Positions 40,107-48,301 of a DNA stretch of 64,000 bases are shown piece after piece (position 1 is the stretch's first letter; each line of letters starts with the position of its first letter). The stretch is from Escherichia phage vB_EcoM_JB75. The DNA is taken from the sequence record MH355584.1. The stretch is one strand, 5' to 3'. Position numbers and translations under genes: made by a program. The notes under the pieces were generated by a model that was not told the origin of the DNA, searched no databases, and saw only the letters and a list, made by a program, of their open reading frames with translations.

Positions 40107-40432
40107 TGACAGACACTCAGCTTTTCGAATATCTTTATTTTTCGCCAAAAACTATTAAAAATAAATTGGTGAATCATTTTGAAATTTTAGCAAATAATAA
40201 CATTTTGAGCGAATTTTATCCCAAGCAATACAAATTACAAAAAGGTGTATTCAAAGGATGCAGAGTTTTGTGCACTGCTCCTAATGCAAGATTAATGAAT
40301 AAAATTCCGTATTTTACCATGGAATTTATTGATGGACCTTTTAAAGGATTAATTACGCAAAGTTTAATGGCATATGATTCTGAGCCGTTTTTAATTAAAG
40401 AACAATCTTGGATAAATTTATTTTCTAATTGA
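40103..40432 (+). CDS. hypothetical protein, translationally coupled to the P-loop NTPase
   Basis: ATGA overlap with upstream stop; 109 aa. Confidence 0.5.
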   Translation: MMTDTQLFEYLYFSPKTIKNKLVNHFEILANNNILSEFYPKQYKLQKGVFKGCRVLCTAPNARLMNKIPYFTMEFIDGPFKGLITQSLMAYDSEPFLIKEQSWINLFSN

Positions 40433-40439
40433 GGTTTAT

Positions 40440-40802
40440 ATGAAAGCATATCAAATTCTTGAAGGCACACACAAAGGCACTATTTATTTTGAAGATGGTA
40501 TTCAAGCACGAATTATCGTTTCTAAAACCTTTAAAGAGGACTCTTTTGTAGACCCAGAAATTTTCTATGGTTTGCATGCCCGTGAAATTGAAATTGAGCA
40601 ACAGCCTACAGTTAAAATTGAAGGTGGTCAACACCTGAACGTTAACGTTCTGCGTCGTGAAACTCTGGAAGATGCAGTTAAGCATCCGGAAAAATATCCG
40701 CAGCTGACCATCCGTGTATCCGGTTATGCAGTTCGCTTTAACTCTCTGACTCCGGAACAGCAGCGCGACGTTATCGCTCGTACCTTTACCGAGAGTTTGT
40801 AA
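40440..40802 (+). CDS. autonomous glycyl radical cofactor (GrcA/YfiD-like; T4 Y06I-type)
   Basis: 120 aa; C-terminal ~60 residues match E. coli YfiD/GrcA as I recall it, including the radical glycine in RVSGYAVRF. Confidence 0.85.
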   Translation: MKAYQILEGTHKGTIYFEDGIQARIIVSKTFKEDSFVDPEIFYGLHAREIEIEQQPTVKIEGGQHLNVNVLRRETLEDAVKHPEKYPQLTIRVSGYAVRFNSLTPEQQRDVIARTFTESL

Positions 40803-41023
40803 TGGCAAAGATAATTATTGAAGGTTCTGAAGATGTGCTAAATGCTTTCGCCGAGTGGTTTAGTAATTCAGGCGAACAGCAATTTAATGAAGCCTGGAAT
40901 ATGGGTGATATTGATGGAATTTATCCTACGACAGAAATTTCTGTTCAGGGATATGGCATTCATGAACCTATTCGTTTAGTTGAATACGATTTATGCACTG
41001 GTGAGGAAGTCAAATATGATTGA
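40802..41023 (+). CDS. hypothetical protein
   Basis: 73 aa ORF, start overlaps upstream stop. Confidence 0.5.
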   Translation: MAKIIIEGSEDVLNAFAEWFSNSGEQQFNEAWNMGDIDGIYPTTEISVQGYGIHEPIRLVEYDLCTGEEVKYD

Positions 41024-41282
41024 AGATATTAAGGGTTATAAACCACATACCGACGAAAAAATCGGTAAAGTAAATGCTATTAAAGACGCTGAAGTTCGTT
41101 TAGGACTTATCTTTGATGCTTTATATGATGAATTCTGGGAAGCGTGGGACGATTGCGAAGACTTTGAACTCGCGAAGAATTATGCTGAAAGCCTCGATCA
41201 GTTAGCTATTGCTAAAACGAAACTCAAAGAAGCCAGTATGTGGGCTTGTCGTGCTGTGTTCCAACCAGAGGAAAAATACTAA
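41016..41282 (+). CDS. hypothetical protein
   Basis: ATG at 41016 overlaps upstream stop (ATGA); 88 aa. Confidence 0.5.
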   Translation: MIEDIKGYKPHTDEKIGKVNAIKDAEVRLGLIFDALYDEFWEAWDDCEDFELAKNYAESLDQLAIAKTKLKEASMWACRAVFQPEEKY

Positions 41283-41560
41283 TGGCTCAATTAAGCGCAG
41301 GGTTTGGTTATGAGTATTATACTGCCCCTCGTCGTGTGTCTGCTGCTCCTAAGAAAATTCAAAGTCTTGATGACTTCCAGGAAGTAGTCCGTAACGCTTT
41401 CCAGGACTATGCACGGTATCTTAAAGAAGATTCACAGGACTGTCTCGAAGAAGATGAAATTGCTTACTATACGCAGCGTCTTGAACAGCTCAAAAATCTA
41501 CATGAGGTTCGTGCAGAAGTTTCAAAGTCTATGAATAAATTGATTAGATTTAAAGAATAA
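41282..41560 (+). CDS. hypothetical protein
   Basis: TAATG overlap start at 41282; 92 aa. Confidence 0.5.
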   Translation: MAQLSAGFGYEYYTAPRRVSAAPKKIQSLDDFQEVVRNAFQDYARYLKEDSQDCLEEDEIAYYTQRLEQLKNLHEVRAEVSKSMNKLIRFKE

Positions 41561-41561
41561 C

Positions 41562-41594
41562 TGTTTACTTTTCCTCTTGACTGTGGTATAATTT
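41562..41594 (+). promoter_or_regulatory. T4-type early promoter (upstream of regB)
   Basis: CTGTTTACTTTT ... TGTGGTATAATTT. Confidence 0.55.
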
Positions 41595-41619
41595 TTCTAT
41601 CAGTTAAGAGGAGAACAAC

Positions 41620-42081
41620 ATGACTATCAATACAGAAGTTTTTATCCGTCGAAATAAGCTTCGTCGTCACTTTGAGTCGGAGTTTCGTCAAATTAACAAT
41701 GAGATTCGTGAGGCATCAAAAGCAGCAGGAGTCTCATCGTTTCATCTAAAATATTCTCAACATCTTCTTGATCGTGCAATTCAACGGGAGATTGATGAGA
41801 CATATGTTTTTGAATTATTCCATAAAATAAAAGACCATGTTTTAGAAGTTAATGAATTCCTGAGTATGCCTCCGCGTCCTGACATTGACGAGGATTTTAT
41901 TGATGGGGTTGAATATCGTCCTGGACGTTTAGAAATCACAGATGGAAATCTTTGGCTTGGATTTACGGTTTGTAAGCCTAATGAGAAGTTCAAAAACCCG
42001 TCACTTCAATGCAGGATGGCAATTATCAACAGTCGTCGTTTACCAGGAAAGGCTTCTAAAGCAGTAATTAAAACTCAATGA
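41620..42081 (+). CDS. regB: site-specific endoribonuclease RegB
   Basis: 153 aa; length and position match T4 regB; own promoter and SD. Confidence 0.8.
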   Translation: MTINTEVFIRRNKLRRHFESEFRQINNEIREASKAAGVSSFHLKYSQHLLDRAIQREIDETYVFELFHKIKDHVLEVNEFLSMPPRPDIDEDFIDGVEYRPGRLEITDGNLWLGFTVCKPNEKFKNPSLQCRMAIINSRRLPGKASKAVIKTQ

Positions 42082-42088
42082 GGTAAGC

Positions 42089-42634
42089 ATGAGAAAAGCA
42101 CTACTCGCTGGTCTATTGGCCATTTCAATGATGGCACATAGCTCCGAGCATACTTTCAGTAATGTCCAACTCGATAACATGCGTTACGCGTATCAATTCG
42201 GGGAACAATTTTCTAAGGATGGAAAATATAAAACACACAAAAATATCCACAAGAGCGGATTAGGTCATATAATGGCTGCTATTTTATGGCAAGAAAGCTC
42301 TGGCGGAGTTAATTTAAAATCTAAACCAAAGCATCACGCTTATGGAATGTTCCAAAATTATTTGCCTACTATGCGAGCAAGAGTTAAGGAACTTGGTTAT
42401 AATATGACCGATGCTGAAATAAAAAGAATGTTGAATAAACGATCCAATTCAGCTTCCTGGGCGTACATTGAACTTTCTTATTGGTTAAATATACATAAGG
42501 GCGATATAAGAAAAGCAATATCATCTTATAATTCGGGATGGAATGTTAAAGCAGGTTCTAAATATGCTTCTGAAGTCCTAGAAAAGGCTAATTACCTTAA
42601 AAATAATAAACTTTTGGAAATAGTAAATGACTAA
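42089..42634 (+). CDS. secreted lytic-transglycosylase-like protein (T4 vs.1 position)
   Basis: N-terminal signal peptide MRKALLAGLLAISMMAHS; SLT-type motifs LWQESSGG and YNSGWN. Confidence 0.6.
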   Translation: MRKALLAGLLAISMMAHSSEHTFSNVQLDNMRYAYQFGEQFSKDGKYKTHKNIHKSGLGHIMAAILWQESSGGVNLKSKPKHHAYGMFQNYLPTMRARVKELGYNMTDAEIKRMLNKRSNSASWAYIELSYWLNIHKGDIRKAISSYNSGWNVKAGSKYASEVLEKANYLKNNKLLEIVND

Positions 42635-42974
42635 AATTTTGGTTTTATGTATAGGATTAATTTCATTTTCTGCTTCTGCGTCAGCAGATACATCATATAC
42701 TGAAATTAGAGAATATGTAAATCGCACTGCGGCAGATTATTGTGGGAAAAATAAAGCATGCCAAGCTGAATTTGCGCAGAAATTAATATATGCATATAAA
42801 GACGGAGAAAGAGATAAATCAAGCAGATACAAAAACGATACATTATTAAAACGATATGCTAAAAAGTGGAATACCTTAGAATGTTCAGTTGCGGAGGAGA
42901 AAGATAAAGCCGCTTGTCATTCAATGGTTGACCGTTTGGTAGATTCTTATAATCGAGGATTGAGTACTAGATGA
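42627..42974 (+). CDS. vs: valyl-tRNA synthetase modifier-like protein (T4 vs position), signal peptide
   Basis: 115 aa as T4 Vs; N-terminal signal sequence and four Cys. Confidence 0.55.
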   Translation: MTKILVLCIGLISFSASASADTSYTEIREYVNRTAADYCGKNKACQAEFAQKLIYAYKDGERDKSSRYKNDTLLKRYAKKWNTLECSVAEEKDKAACHSMVDRLVDSYNRGLSTR

Positions 42975-43438
42975 TTGTAAAATATATCAAGGGCGATATT
43001 GTCGCCCTTTTCGCTGAAGGTAAAAATATTGCGCATGGATGCAATTGTTTTCATACTATGGGTTCAGGCGTAGCGGGTCAATTAACCAAAGCTTTCCCTA
43101 AAATTTTGGAAGCTGATAAATTACAGACTGAATGGGGTGATGTAACTAAACTCGGTTCTTACTCAGTCTATGAAAAATACTTTAGGACTCATAAAGCGTA
43201 TTGCTTCAACCTTTATACTCAATTTCAACCAGGGCCAAATTTTGAGTATTCCGCTTTAATGAATTGTATGTTAGAATTAAATGAGTTTGGTGAAAATAAA
43301 CTGATTAAACCTACAATCTATATGCCTAGGATTGGTGCAGGCATAGGTAAAGGGAACTGGGATATTATTGAGGGGATTTTAGATACATATTCCTCTAAAT
43401 TAGAAATTGTGATTGTTGATTGGGAACCGTTATTATGA
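42971..43438 (+). CDS. macro-domain protein
   Basis: 155 aa; macro-domain glycine-rich motifs HGCNCFHTMGSGVAGQ and IGAGIGKGNW. Confidence 0.6.
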   Translation: MIVKYIKGDIVALFAEGKNIAHGCNCFHTMGSGVAGQLTKAFPKILEADKLQTEWGDVTKLGSYSVYEKYFRTHKAYCFNLYTQFQPGPNFEYSALMNCMLELNEFGENKLIKPTIYMPRIGAGIGKGNWDIIEGILDTYSSKLEIVIVDWEPLL

Positions 43439-43647
43439 ATATACATTATCCACATCCATATGACCCAAAGAATAAGGCAGTAATTATTCGTCAATGGGAA
43501 CGCATTTGCCGTACTAAATGTCCAATTAATAGTCCGCATGATGTAGATAAAGACTACATTGGAACATTCGTTGAATATACCTTTATTGATAAGAAAGGTC
43601 GTAAACAGCATGTAGAAGAATACTGCTTAAAGGTTACATGGTTATGA
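43435..43647 (+). CDS. hypothetical protein
   Basis: Track ORF from 43420; ATG at 43435 overlaps upstream stop; 70 aa. Confidence 0.45.
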   Translation: MNIHYPHPYDPKNKAVIIRQWERICRTKCPINSPHDVDKDYIGTFVEYTFIDKKGRKQHVEEYCLKVTWL

Positions 43648-43850
43648 GCCAAACTAGTATTCTTAAAAATGCCCATTGTGAAAGGTGTAAATGGCCAGTT
43701 GTTTTTGCTTTATGCAACGATGAAATGGCTTGTGATTTCGATTATTGGTGCTATTGTTCTAATAAAGGATGCATCAATCATAAAGGTGAAGGATTTTATT
43801 CGGGATTTTATCCTTATCCAGATTTCGTTAAAGAAGGTAAACCGAAATGA
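43638..43850 (+). CDS. Cys-rich small protein (possible zinc-binding)
   Basis: 70 aa with CxxC...C...CxC...C pattern. Confidence 0.45.
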   Translation: MVMSQTSILKNAHCERCKWPVVFALCNDEMACDFDYWCYCSNKGCINHKGEGFYSGFYPYPDFVKEGKPK

Positions 43851-44020
43851 ATAGTTTTGAGTTACAGTATGAAGTGTTACGTGAGCTTGATAATTTAATT
43901 GAACTCGCTGTCAATAAAGGTTTTGCCATTGGAATCGGTCAAAAAGATACTGGTCATTTAACTATGGAAATATTTAAGCAAAAGCGAATTATTTTAAAAC
44001 TCCTGGAAATTAATATATGA
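43847..44020 (+). CDS. small hypothetical protein (not in ORF track, 57 aa)
   Basis: ATGA-coupled to the genes on both sides. Confidence 0.4.
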   Translation: MNSFELQYEVLRELDNLIELAVNKGFAIGIGQKDTGHLTMEIFKQKRIILKLLEINI

Positions 44021-44202
44021 GTCTGAGTAAAGAACAAAAAGATAAATTGTTTGAGCTTATCCATGAACTTCTAGATGAGCATACAGAAGCAAACACCTTT
44101 TATGATGAATACGGCCCGTTATCTCCCGAACAGCAGGAAGAATTTGCTGATCGGTTTGATAAGAAAGAAAATGAATTAATAGCTTATGTGAATACGCTTT
44201 AA
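44017..44202 (+). CDS. hypothetical acidic protein
   Basis: 61 aa, coupled ORF just before tk. Confidence 0.45.
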   Translation: MSLSKEQKDKLFELIHELLDEHTEANTFYDEYGPLSPEQQEEFADRFDKKENELIAYVNTL

Positions 44203-44211
44203 GAAGGTGAT

Positions 44212-44793
44212 ATGGCGAGTTTAATTTTTACTTATGCAGCAATGAATGCTGGAAAATCTGCTTCTCTTTTGACTGCCGCACATAATTATAAAGAACGTGG
44301 AATGAGTGTATTAGTTCTTAAACCCGCTATTGATACTCGCGATTCTGTCTGTGAAGTTGTTTCTCGCATTGGAATTAAACAGGAAGCGAATATTATTACA
44401 GATGATATGGATATTTTCGAGTTCTATAAATGGGCTGAAGCACAAAAAGATATTCATTGCGTATTTGTAGATGAAGCCCAGTTTTTAAAAACTGAACAGG
44501 TGCATCAATTAAGTCGAATTGTTGATACATATAATGTTCCTGTTATGGCTTATGGATTAAGGACTGATTTCGCTGGAAAATTGTTTGAAGGTTCTAAAGA
44601 ACTTTTAGCGATTGCAGATAAACTTATTGAACTAAAGGCGGTTTGTCATTGCGGTAAAAAAGCGATTATGACAGCTCGATTAACGGAAGATGGAACACCA
44701 GTTAAAGAAGGTAATCAAATCTGTATTGGTGATGAAATTTATGTTTCTTTGTGTAGAAAACATTGGAATGAATTAACTAAAAAGCTCGGTTAG
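44212..44793 (+). CDS. tk: thymidine kinase
   Basis: 193 aa; P-loop AAMNAGKSASLL, Walker B VFVDEAQF, zinc-ribbon cysteines; T4 tk length. Confidence 0.95.
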   Translation: MASLIFTYAAMNAGKSASLLTAAHNYKERGMSVLVLKPAIDTRDSVCEVVSRIGIKQEANIITDDMDIFEFYKWAEAQKDIHCVFVDEAQFLKTEQVHQLSRIVDTYNVPVMAYGLRTDFAGKLFEGSKELLAIADKLIELKAVCHCGKKAIMTARLTEDGTPVKEGNQICIGDEIYVSLCRKHWNELTKKLG

Positions 44794-44835
44794 TGCAAAA
44801 GTTATAAATAGGTTTATCTAACTAAAGGGGTATAT

Positions 44836-45048
44836 ATGCTACAATTAACTGAAAAGCAACTTCGCAATCTTACTGTTCTTCAATTAGATGAAATTCGTAG
44901 GGAAGTTGGAAATATCATTTCAGCTTTGCGTCGAGAAGTATCACTCAACCAATCTCCGGCAGACTATACTAGATTGCGAAATTTTGAAAAATACCTTGAT
45001 AAAGTTAAGGCCGTGCATCGGCATAAAGTAAATACAGGACAAAAATGA
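44836..45048 (+). CDS. hypothetical protein
   Basis: 70 aa ORF with SD AAGGGG. Confidence 0.5.
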
Positions 45049-45060
45049 TAGGAGGCCTTT

Positions 45061-45354
45061 ATGGCCTTAAAAGCAACGGCACTATTTGCCATGCTAGGAT
45101 TAGCGTTTGCTTTATCTCCACCAATTGAAGCGAATGTCGATCCTCATTTTGATAAATTTATGGAATCTGGTATTAGACACGTTTATATGCTTTTTGAAAA
45201 TAAAAGCGTAGAATCATCTGAACAGTTCTATAGTTTTATGCGAACGACTTATAAAAATGACCCGTGCTCTTCCGATTTTGAATGTATAGAGCGAGGCGCG
45301 GAGATGGCACAATCATACGCTAGAATTATGAACATTAAATTGGAGACTGAATGA
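45061..45354 (+). CDS. rI: lysis inhibition regulator RI
   Basis: 97 aa; N-terminal signal-anchor MALKATALFAMLGLAFALSPPIEA; recalled T4 RI sequence nearly identical. Confidence 0.8.
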   Translation: MALKATALFAMLGLAFALSPPIEANVDPHFDKFMESGIRHVYMLFENKSVESSEQFYSFMRTTYKNDPCSSDFECIERGAEMAQSYARIMNIKLETE

Positions 45355-45737
45355 AATTCAGCGACTTTTCACAAAGTGGAAAACCTTCAAAGGCAGATGA
45401 ATACTTAGGTTTATTAATGGCTGCACAAGCTTATTTTCATTCTGCGCATTTTGAAACTAAAAGTTATGCTAGACACAAAGCATACGATTTTATTTTCTCT
45501 GAGTTGCCAGATCTGATTGATAAATTTGGTGAGCAATATTTGGGGTATTCTGGTAGAAAATACACGCCTTCTATTCCAGATGCCAGTAAACTTCCTACCG
45601 ACACAATTAAAATGATTGATCGCATACTAGACCAATCTAACAGCATTTATAAAGAAATGCCTCCAGCCATTCAAAGCACGATAGATGATATTACTGGAAT
45701 GTTTTACCAGAGTAAGTATCTTCTTTCCCTCGAATAA
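45351..45737 (+). CDS. hypothetical protein
   Basis: 128 aa; terminator follows. Confidence 0.5.
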   Translation: MKFSDFSQSGKPSKADEYLGLLMAAQAYFHSAHFETKSYARHKAYDFIFSELPDLIDKFGEQYLGYSGRKYTPSIPDASKLPTDTIKMIDRILDQSNSIYKEMPPAIQSTIDDITGMFYQSKYLLSLE

Positions 45738-45740
45738 CAT

Positions 45741-45764
45741 TAGTCTCCTTCGGGAGACTTTTTT
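45741..45764 (+). terminator. rho-independent terminator
   Basis: AGTCTCC-TTCG-GGAGACT followed by TTTTTTC. Confidence 0.7.
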
Positions 45765-45772
45765 CATTTTGC

Positions 45773-45806
45773 CGGTTTACTTTCCGTTTGAGCTGTGGTA
45801 CTATAC
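45773..45806 (+). promoter_or_regulatory. T4-type early promoter
   Basis: CGGTTTACTTTC ... TGTGGTACTATACAACTATC. Confidence 0.55.
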
Positions 45807-45832
45807 AACTATCGGATAAAGAGGAGAACATC

Positions 45833-46021
45833 ATGAAAATTGAAGCACTTAATCAAGAAGGAAATATCTACGTCATCATTAATGGTGATTTTTTCGTCGA
45901 CATGGATGAAGTTACTAGTGAAGAACTTGTAGAACTTCTTAAGAAACGTTATGATATGTGTGATGAAGCTGCAACTCATATGGCGTGTGCAATATTCTCT
46001 CTTTCATATGTGGTGGAATAA
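45833..46021 (+). CDS. hypothetical protein
   Basis: Track ORF from 45788; ATG at 45833 behind promoter and SD AGAGGAG; 62 aa. Confidence 0.45.
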   Translation: MKIEALNQEGNIYVIINGDFFVDMDEVTSEELVELLKKRYDMCDEAATHMACAIFSLSYVVE

Positions 46022-46224
46022 TGACTAGAATTGAACAAGCAGATAAAATTAAAGAATTGGTAGCTTTAATTCGCAAAGCAGATGAGGAACTTAGTGACTT
46101 TGCTTGGTTTTCGGCAGGCATTGCAAATAAAGGTATTGAAAAATTTGAAGCTAAAGTTGATAATGCTTTAGAAGCGTTAGATATGTTTCTTGATGAAATT
46201 ATCGATCATAATACGAGAGTGTAA
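46021..46224 (+). CDS. hypothetical protein
   Basis: TAATG-coupled start; 67 aa. Confidence 0.45.
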   Translation: MTRIEQADKIKELVALIRKADEELSDFAWFSAGIANKGIEKFEAKVDNALEALDMFLDEIIDHNTRV

Positions 46225-46226
46225 GT

Positions 46227-46421
46227 ATGCTAACACGCGAACAGTTTGAAAAAATCATTAAATTAGCACGTGATATTGAAATAGATTCATATCAATTAGC
46301 AGTTGAGCATTGTGAAGGATATTCATACGATGGTATAGAAGCAGCTAAAAAGGATTTGGATAAATCTAAAGCTAAGTTAGTTCAATATCTTGAAATGATT
46401 AGGTGGAATAATGAAAACTGA
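46227..46421 (+). CDS. hypothetical protein
   Basis: 64 aa coupled ORF. Confidence 0.45.
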   Translation: MLTREQFEKIIKLARDIEIDSYQLAVEHCEGYSYDGIEAAKKDLDKSKAKLVQYLEMIRWNNEN

Positions 46422-46584
46422 AAAGCAGATGTTTTTAATGAAGCTAATTGAAGAATATGCTAATGCAGTTTCTGACTATGAATGTTCTTCTCGTGAAAGA
46501 GGTACAGCTTTCGCTAAAGAAGAATTGAAAATCATGGTTGATGCTCATACAAAGCTTCAGAATTTTATTGAAAACGTCATTTAA
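46411..46584 (+). CDS. small hypothetical protein (not in ORF track, 57 aa)
   Basis: ATG overlapping upstream gene end; followed by an early promoter. Confidence 0.35.
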   Translation: MKTEKQMFLMKLIEEYANAVSDYECSSRERGTAFAKEELKIMVDAHTKLQNFIENVI

Positions 46585-46618
46585 TGGTTTACAAGTTGGC
46601 AAGGTTATGGTATAGTAA
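46585..46618 (+). promoter_or_regulatory. T4-type early promoter
   Basis: TGGTTTACAAGT ... TATGGTATAGTAAT. Confidence 0.5.
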
Positions 46619-46751
46619 TCTTGTCAACTGCCAAGGAGAAGAGAATGAAAATTTTGTTTGTTGTGTATGTGATGATTCAATATAATTACCCAATGTTTAC
46701 TTATAATCTAGTGAACAACATTATTGATATTATTCAAAGGAGTATGTAATT

Positions 46752-47309
46752 GTGAGTGAGTCGAAGAGAATCAATATGAAACGATTAGTATTAGAAGTTA
46801 GTCCGCTTTTTGGTGAATTGGCTATAGAAAAAGTAAATAACATGTATCGTTTGACACAAGAAGACGATATGCTGTATTTTACGCCTAGTGAAATCATTCA
46901 TTTAACCCAAATTGAATATCCTTATACTGATAAAATAGTAAGCATCAATGATGAGCACAAAATTCATTTTTATTCTTCATGCCCAGGATTTAATATTAAA
47001 AGTGAGTCAATGTGTTTATCAGTTATTCATTGGGATAGTTTTATAGCTAAGATTAAATATTTTTATTATTCTAATGAAAGAAAACATAGTTTAAAATGGC
47101 TCAAAAATTGCAATGCTATTATTACTAACGATTGCAATCAGAATGATGAAACTCTTTTAAATGTATCAAAATGTTATGAAGAGGGAGATGTCTTAACTAT
47201 TCGTCAAATTGATGATTTTCGATCACATATTGTCACATTTACCAAAGACGAAGCTATTGCGCTAAAGACTTATCTTGATTCTGTCATTCCAACTATGATT
47301 TCAAAGTGA
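46752..47309 (+). CDS. hypothetical protein, paralogue A
   Basis: 185 aa, GTG start after AAGGAG; C-terminus resembles next gene. Confidence 0.5.
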   Translation: MSESKRINMKRLVLEVSPLFGELAIEKVNNMYRLTQEDDMLYFTPSEIIHLTQIEYPYTDKIVSINDEHKIHFYSSCPGFNIKSESMCLSVIHWDSFIAKIKYFYYSNERKHSLKWLKNCNAIITNDCNQNDETLLNVSKCYEEGDVLTIRQIDDFRSHIVTFTKDEAIALKTYLDSVIPTMISK

Positions 47310-47315
47310 GGAAAT

Positions 47316-47837
47316 ATGTTTATTTCAAGTGAAAGTGGTTTAATTCGTGTTGAATTTAAAAATGACATCTTCCTTATTCAAGGAGATGATATTATTAAAA
47401 TGAGTTATGACGAAATCAAGAAAATTTGTCATGCTCTTGAAATCCGTGGAAAAGTAAATGCTACTATCGATATAGGTGATTTATGGGTGACACTTTATGA
47501 AGTATCCGAAGGATTTAACATTGAAGATGAAAACAACATCTTAGCTATTGATAAAAGAAGTGATTTGTTTGATGTGTTAAAAGTTTATGAACAGTCAAAC
47601 GGTGGAAGAAAAGCTGCATTGATTTATCAAAAACCACATTCATGTGGAACTGCTTCAATCGTTTCAAATATTGAAGATGAAACTGATACTTATATGTGTG
47701 TTTTAAAAGCTGGTGGTGACCGTCATCCGGATTTTATTTCTATTCGTCAAAACAATGGAGAAATTTCATTATCAAAATCAGAAGCTGAAGCTATGATTAA
47801 GTATTTAACAACTGTTACACCTTCAATGAAAGGATAA
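47316..47837 (+). CDS. hypothetical protein, paralogue B
   Basis: 173 aa; C-terminus SKSEAEAMIKYLTTVTPSMKG parallels TKDEAIALKTYLDSVIPTMISK of the preceding gene. Confidence 0.5.
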   Translation: MFISSESGLIRVEFKNDIFLIQGDDIIKMSYDEIKKICHALEIRGKVNATIDIGDLWVTLYEVSEGFNIEDENNILAIDKRSDLFDVLKVYEQSNGGRKAALIYQKPHSCGTASIVSNIEDETDTYMCVLKAGGDRHPDFISIRQNNGEISLSKSEAEAMIKYLTTVTPSMKG

Positions 47838-47839
47838 TT

Positions 47840-48301
47840 ATGATTATTAATGAAAGCTCTTGGCATTATAAATTATTCAAAATGTTTAACGACGAATGGA
47901 AACGACCTAAGACACTGTGTGCGTATTTTTGGTCTATTGTTATTCCTACATTTTTTGTTTCTTTTTTCGGATGTACTATACTCGCAGGTCTAACTATTAT
48001 CTGCGCAGAAATCATGCAGAAATGGCTTATTTTCGGTAGTTTATGGACTCTTATTCCATCAGCATTTATACTTGCTATTTTGCTTGTTTTACTTATTATT
48101 GGTTCATTTGTTATTCCTGCACAACTACATGAAAAATATAAAGATTATAAATGGAAAAAGGATTATGCTTTACATGTAGAAAATATTGATAGGGCGTATA
48201 AAGGTTTACCTCCTATTCAACCCAAGAAATCTATTATCGTCGAATTTTTAAAAGCGCGTAAAGCTAAAGTATGTCCTGTTATTGAATATAAGGCTGAATG
48301 A
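47840..48301 (+). CDS. integral membrane protein
   Basis: 153 aa with about three hydrophobic helices. Confidence 0.5.
   Translation: MIINESSWHYKLFKMFNDEWKRPKTLCAYFWSIVIPTFFVSFFGCTILAGLTIICAEIMQKWLIFGSLWTLIPSAFILAILLVLLIIGSFVIPAQLHEKYKDYKWKKDYALHVENIDRAYKGLPPIQPKKSIIVEFLKARKAKVCPVIEYKAE

Noticed and set aside
40425-40808. 127-aa minus-strand ORF
   Set aside because: Antisense to the strongly conserved GrcA-like gene
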